A stretch of 64,000 nt of DNA, taken from Candidatus Krumholzibacteriia bacterium. Its GTDB lineage: Bacteria; Krumholzibacteriota; Krumholzibacteriia; JAJRXK01. The position numbers and the translations under genes are program-made. Below, piece after piece: positions 60,301-64,000 of this stretch. The notes beneath the pieces were generated by a model. It did not search any database. It was not told the DNA's origin and saw only the letters and a list, made by a program, of their open reading frames with translations. The stretch is taken from positions 197,550-261,549 of the forward strand of contig JBGPIA010000004.1 in the NCBI GenBank assembly GCA_041484665.1. Direction: 5' to 3'. Every line of letters starts with the position of its first letter. The first letter of the stretch is position 1.

Positions 60301-60648
60301 CTACGGCTTCTCGGCCGTGACGGTGACTTTCACGTGGCTCATGCGGCGGCGGACCCGGTAGGCGCGTCCCTGCGCCCGCGGCATGATGCGCTTGAGCATC
60401 GGGCCATCCTCGACGCGGACGTCCGCCACCTGGAACGCGTCGTCGGGAATCCCTGCCGCCTCATCGTGCTGGCGCAAGTTGGCCACGGCCGACAGGATCG
60501 TCTTCTGGATGATCGGCGCGGCCTTCTTCTGGGTGAGCGCCAGGATATGGAGCGCCTCCTCCACGGTCTTGCCCCGCACCAAGTCGGCCACCAGCCGCGC
60601 CTTGCGGCCGGAGATCATGTTGTACCGAGAGACCGCTCTGGCCTCCAT
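60301..60648 (-). CDS. rplV: 50S ribosomal protein L22
   Basis: RKARLVADLVRG, PRAQGRA. Confidence 0.97.
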   Translation of the reverse strand: MEARAVSRYNMISGRKARLVADLVRGKTVEEALHILALTQKKAAPIIQKTILSAVANLRQHDEAAGIPDDAFQVADVRVEDGPMLKRIMPRAQGRAYRVRRRMSHVKVTVTAEKP

Positions 60649-60702
60649 GGCATCCCCCCGGGTATCTCGCGACTCTTGCCCTGCCAAAGGCCGATGCTCG
60701 CC

Positions 60703-60984
60703 CTACTTCTTCACCGCGGACTTGCCCTTGCTGCCGTGACCGCGGAATGTCCGCGACGGCGCGAACTCACCCAGCTTGTGGCCGATCATGTTCTCCTGGA
60801 CGTAGACCGGCACGAACTGCTTGCCGTTGTGCACCGCCAGGGTGTGCCCGAGGAACTCCGGCACGACCATGCTGCGCCGGGCCCAGGTCTTGATGACGCG
60901 CTTCTCGTTGCGCTCATTGAGCGCGTCGACCTTCTTCAGCAGCGCCGCGTCGACGAAGGGACCTTTCTTGATCGACCTCGCCAT
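60703..60984 (-). CDS. rpsS: 30S ribosomal protein S19
   Basis: [18 protein letters not shown]. Confidence 0.98.
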   Translation of the reverse strand: MARSIKKGPFVDAALLKKVDALNERNEKRVIKTWARRSMVVPEFLGHTLAVHNGKQFVPVYVQENMIGHKLGEFAPSRTFRGHGSKGKSAVKK

Positions 60985-60997
60985 GGTCTTCCACCCT

Positions 60998-61825
60998 CTA
61001 CTTCTGGTTCCGGCGACGCAGGATGAAGCGGTCGCTCGGCTTGTGGTTGCGCGTCTTCTTTCCCTTGGCCAGCTGCCCCCAAGGCGAGCACGGGTGGCGC
61101 CCGCCGGAGCTCTTCCCCTCGCCGCCGCCCATGGGGTGGTCGATGGGGTTCATGGCCACGCCGCGCACGTGGGGCCGGCGGCCGAGCCAGCGCGTGCGCC
61201 CCGCCTTGCCGCTCACCACGTTCTCGTGGTCGGCGTTGCCGACCTCGCCGATGGTCGCGTAGCAGCTGCGGTGCACCATGCGCACCTCGCCCGAGGGCAG
61301 GCGTAGGGTGACGTTGTCGCCTTCCTTGGCCATCACCTGGGCGAAACAGCCGGCCCCGCGGGCGATCTGGCCGCCGTGGCCGGGCTTCAGCTCGATGTTG
61401 TGCACCAGCGTGCCCAAGGGCACCTTCCACAGGGGCAGCGCGTTGCCCACGTTGAAGGGCGCGTCGTCGCCGGCCAGGACGGTCGCGCCCACCTCGAGCC
61501 CCTTGGGGGCGATGATGTAGCGCTTGTCACCGTCGACGTAATGGAGCAGCGCGATGCGCGCCGAGCGGTTCGGGTCGTACTCCACGGACGCCACGCGGGC
61601 CTCGACGTTGCGCTTGTTGCGCTTGAAATCGATGTTCCGGTACCGGCGCTTGTGCCCGCCGCCGCGGTGCCAGGAGGTCACGCGCCCCTGGTTGTTGCGC
61701 CCGCCCGTGGAGCGCTTGGGGCCCAGCAGCGATTTCTCCGGCTCGCTCTTGGTGATCTCGGCAAAATCCGAGACCGTGCGGAAGCGCAGCGTCGGAGTGA
61801 CCGGACTGTACTTCTTGATCCCCAT
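60998..61825 (-). CDS. rplB: 50S ribosomal protein L2
   Basis: [25 protein letters not shown]. Confidence 0.98.
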   Translation of the reverse strand: MGIKKYSPVTPTLRFRTVSDFAEITKSEPEKSLLGPKRSTGGRNNQGRVTSWHRGGGHKRRYRNIDFKRNKRNVEARVASVEYDPNRSARIALLHYVDGDKRYIIAPKGLEVGATVLAGDDAPFNVGNALPLWKVPLGTLVHNIELKPGHGGQIARGAGCFAQVMAKEGDNVTLRLPSGEVRMVHRSCYATIGEVGNADHENVVSGKAGRTRWLGRRPHVRGVAMNPIDHPMGGGEGKSSGGRHPCSPWGQLAKGKKTRNHKPSDRFILRRRNQK

Positions 61826-61859
61826 GGATTCCTTCTTTATGGGCGCAATCGCCCGCCCG

Positions 61860-62150
61860 CTACACCAGGTCGAAGATGTCGATCTTCTCGCCCTGCGAGA
61901 GGGTCACCACGGCCTTCTTCCACGCCGGCAGCGTGCCCTCGTAGCGCCCCATCCGCCGGGGCTTGGCCGGCATCCTCATGGTGCGGACGTTGAGCACCTT
62001 CACGCCGAAGAACTTCTCGACGGCCCTCTGGATCTCGTGCTTGTTGGCCGCCATAGCGACCTCGAAGACGTACATATTCTTCCGCTCGCGCTGCGCCGCC
62101 GACTTCTCGGTGATCACGGGCCGGTGCAGCACCTGCGTCAGCAGCTTCAC
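61860..62150 (-). CDS. rplW: 50S ribosomal protein L23
   Basis: [15 protein letters not shown]. Confidence 0.97.
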   Translation of the reverse strand: MKLLTQVLHRPVITEKSAAQRERKNMYVFEVAMAANKHEIQRAVEKFFGVKVLNVRTMRMPAKPRRMGRYEGTLPAWKKAVVTLSQGEKIDIFDLV

Positions 62151-62776
62151 GATCCGAACACCTCCAGGGCGCGCTTGAGCGCTGGCTCGGTGAAGAGCAG
62201 GGCCTCGCTGCGCAGCACGCGATAGGCGTTGAGCTGGTAGGCGGGGATGACGTCGACCCCCGCGATGTTGCGAAACGACCGGTAGAGGACCGGGTCATCG
62301 TCGCGCGTCACCACCAGCACCGTCTTGCCCGAGAGCCCCATGTGCGCGAGCATGGCCGCGGCCTGCCGCGTGCGCGGGGCGTCCAGCGCCGGGCTCTCTA
62401 CCACGTAGACCGCGCTTTGCTGGGCCCGGTCGGAGAGCGCAGAGCGCAGCGCGAGTTGGCGCACCTTGCGGTTGAGCCGCGTGATGTACTCGCGCGGTTG
62501 CGGCCCAAACACGGTGCCACCGCCCACGCGCACCGGCGACTTGGCCGAGCCGGCGCGGGCGCGGCCGGTGCCCTTCTGGCGGTACAGCTTCACCGTGGAG
62601 AACGCCACCTCGGCGCGCTGCTTCGTCTTGACCGTCCCCTGGCGCTGGTTCGCCAGGTAGACCTTCACGGTCTCGTACAGCGCCTGCTCGTGGAGCGGCG
62701 CCGCGAACAGCGACTCGGGCAGGCGCACTTCGCTGTGCCCCTCGCCGTTTGCGTTGAATCGCTTGGCCGTCGCCAT
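62147..62776 (-). CDS. rplD: 50S ribosomal protein L4
   Basis: RQKGTGRARAG, GGGTVFGP. Confidence 0.98.
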   Translation of the reverse strand: MATAKRFNANGEGHSEVRLPESLFAAPLHEQALYETVKVYLANQRQGTVKTKQRAEVAFSTVKLYRQKGTGRARAGSAKSPVRVGGGTVFGPQPREYITRLNRKVRQLALRSALSDRAQQSAVYVVESPALDAPRTRQAAAMLAHMGLSGKTVLVVTRDDDPVLYRSFRNIAGVDVIPAYQLNAYRVLRSEALLFTEPALKRALEVFGS

Positions 62777-62807
62777 CGCGCCTTCCTTCCCGCTGGGAGC
62801 CTTGGAC

Positions 62808-63434
62808 TCAGCCGCGCGCCACCTCGACCTCGACGTATCCGTTGCGATGCCCCGGCACGCACCCCTCGACGAACAACAGGTGGTTCTCCGCGTCGACCTT
62901 CACCACCGTCAGGTTGCGCGCCGCCCGCCGGGAGCCTCCGTAGCGCCCCGGCATGCCGTGGCCCTTGAAAACGTGCCCCGGATCGGAGTGCATCCCGATG
63001 GAGCCCGCCACGGCGTGGCACATACTGCCGTGGGTGTCGGGGCCTCCGCTCCAACCGTGCCGTTTGACGACCCCGGTGAAGCCCCGCCCCTTGGTCACGC
63101 CCGTCACCTTCACCCGCGGGATCTGCTCGAAGACGGCCACCGTCAGTTTCTGGCCGAGCTGGTAGCCGTCCACCGACTCGACGCGGAACTCGCGCAGCAT
63201 GCGCATGGGCCCGGTGCCCGACTTCGTCAGGTGCCCTTGCAGAGCTGCCGGCGTCCGCTTCGCCTTACGGTCGCTCCCGAAGGCGATCTGCAGGGCGGCG
63301 TAGCCGTCCTTCGCCGCGCTCTTGATCTGGGTGATGGGGCAGGGGCCGCACTGCAGGACCGTAACGGGCGTCATCCGCCCGTCCGCGTCGAACACGCGCG
63401 TCATGCCCAGCTTCTTTCCGATCATCCCAATCAT
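62808..63434 (-). CDS. rplC: 50S ribosomal protein L3
   Basis: [23 protein letters not shown]. Confidence 0.97.
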   Translation of the reverse strand: MIGMIGKKLGMTRVFDADGRMTPVTVLQCGPCPITQIKSAAKDGYAALQIAFGSDRKAKRTPAALQGHLTKSGTGPMRMLREFRVESVDGYQLGQKLTVAVFEQIPRVKVTGVTKGRGFTGVVKRHGWSGGPDTHGSMCHAVAGSIGMHSDPGHVFKGHGMPGRYGGSRRAARNLTVVKVDAENHLLFVEGCVPGHRNGYVEVEVARG

Positions 63435-63496
63435 TGCACGTCTCCTGGTGGCGCCCCCCGGCCGGGTATCTGCCCAGTCACAGGTGCGCGCCGGCA

Positions 63497-63805
63497 CTAG
63501 ACCTTCAGCTCGATGTCCACGCCCGCCGGAAGGTTGAGCTTCATCAGCGCGTCCACCGTCTGATTGGTGGAGTTGACGATATCGATGAGCCGCTTGTGGA
63601 TGCAGATCTGGAACTGCTCCCGCGACTTCTTGTCCACGTGCGGCGACCGCAGCACGGTGTAGATCGATCGGCGCGTCGGCAAGGGGATCGGCCCCTTGAT
63701 CTCGGCGCCGGTGCGCCGGGCCGTTTCGCAGATCACCTGGGCGGAGCGGTCCAGCGTGGTGGGCTCGTAGGCCTTCAGCCGGATCCTGATATTCTGGCGC
63801 GACAT
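63497..63805 (-). CDS. rpsJ: 30S ribosomal protein S10
   Basis: [21 protein letters not shown]. Confidence 0.98.
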   Translation of the reverse strand: MSRQNIRIRLKAYEPTTLDRSAQVICETARRTGAEIKGPIPLPTRRSIYTVLRSPHVDKKSREQFQICIHKRLIDIVNSTNQTVDALMKLNLPAGVDIELKV

Positions 63806-63850
63806 GTCTGCTTCCCCGTTTCCGTGGCCGTGGTGACGGCGTGGCTGCGC

Positions 63851-64000
<150 letters not shown>

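Overview
Very GC-rich bacterial chromosomal window. The FlgD-type C-terminal domains and a C-terminal SWGxxKxxY motif suggest an FCB-related candidate phylum such as Krumholzibacteriota, Latescibacterota or Eisenbacteria (inference only). Left to right: a TPR/zincin gene and metG; a 2.3 kb strip of co-oriented, mostly decayed small genes behind an attI-like core site; adenosine deaminase; a 10-gene type IV pilus/T2SS-like operon with a PilM-PilN fusion and no PilT or PilD; secreted proteins with two kinds of C-terminal sorting signal; a Ser/Thr kinase, HD-GYP protein, M23 peptidase, Rph/PEP-synthase-like enzyme, APC permease, lipoprotein and a deleted amidohydrolase; a GldA/F/G-like ABC system with DUF4340; fabH; an aminotransferase; and the S10-spc-alpha ribosomal cluster (tuf partial). 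The most notable signals are non-coding. Three well-formed promoters lead to no credible ORF: a sigma70 promoter with a 94-nt three-way-junction RNA, a CRP/NtcA-type class II promoter with a ~69-nt terminated sRNA, and a sigma54 promoter with paired enhancer sites. There is also an SD-sequestering structured leader. All calls are by eye, with no database searches.
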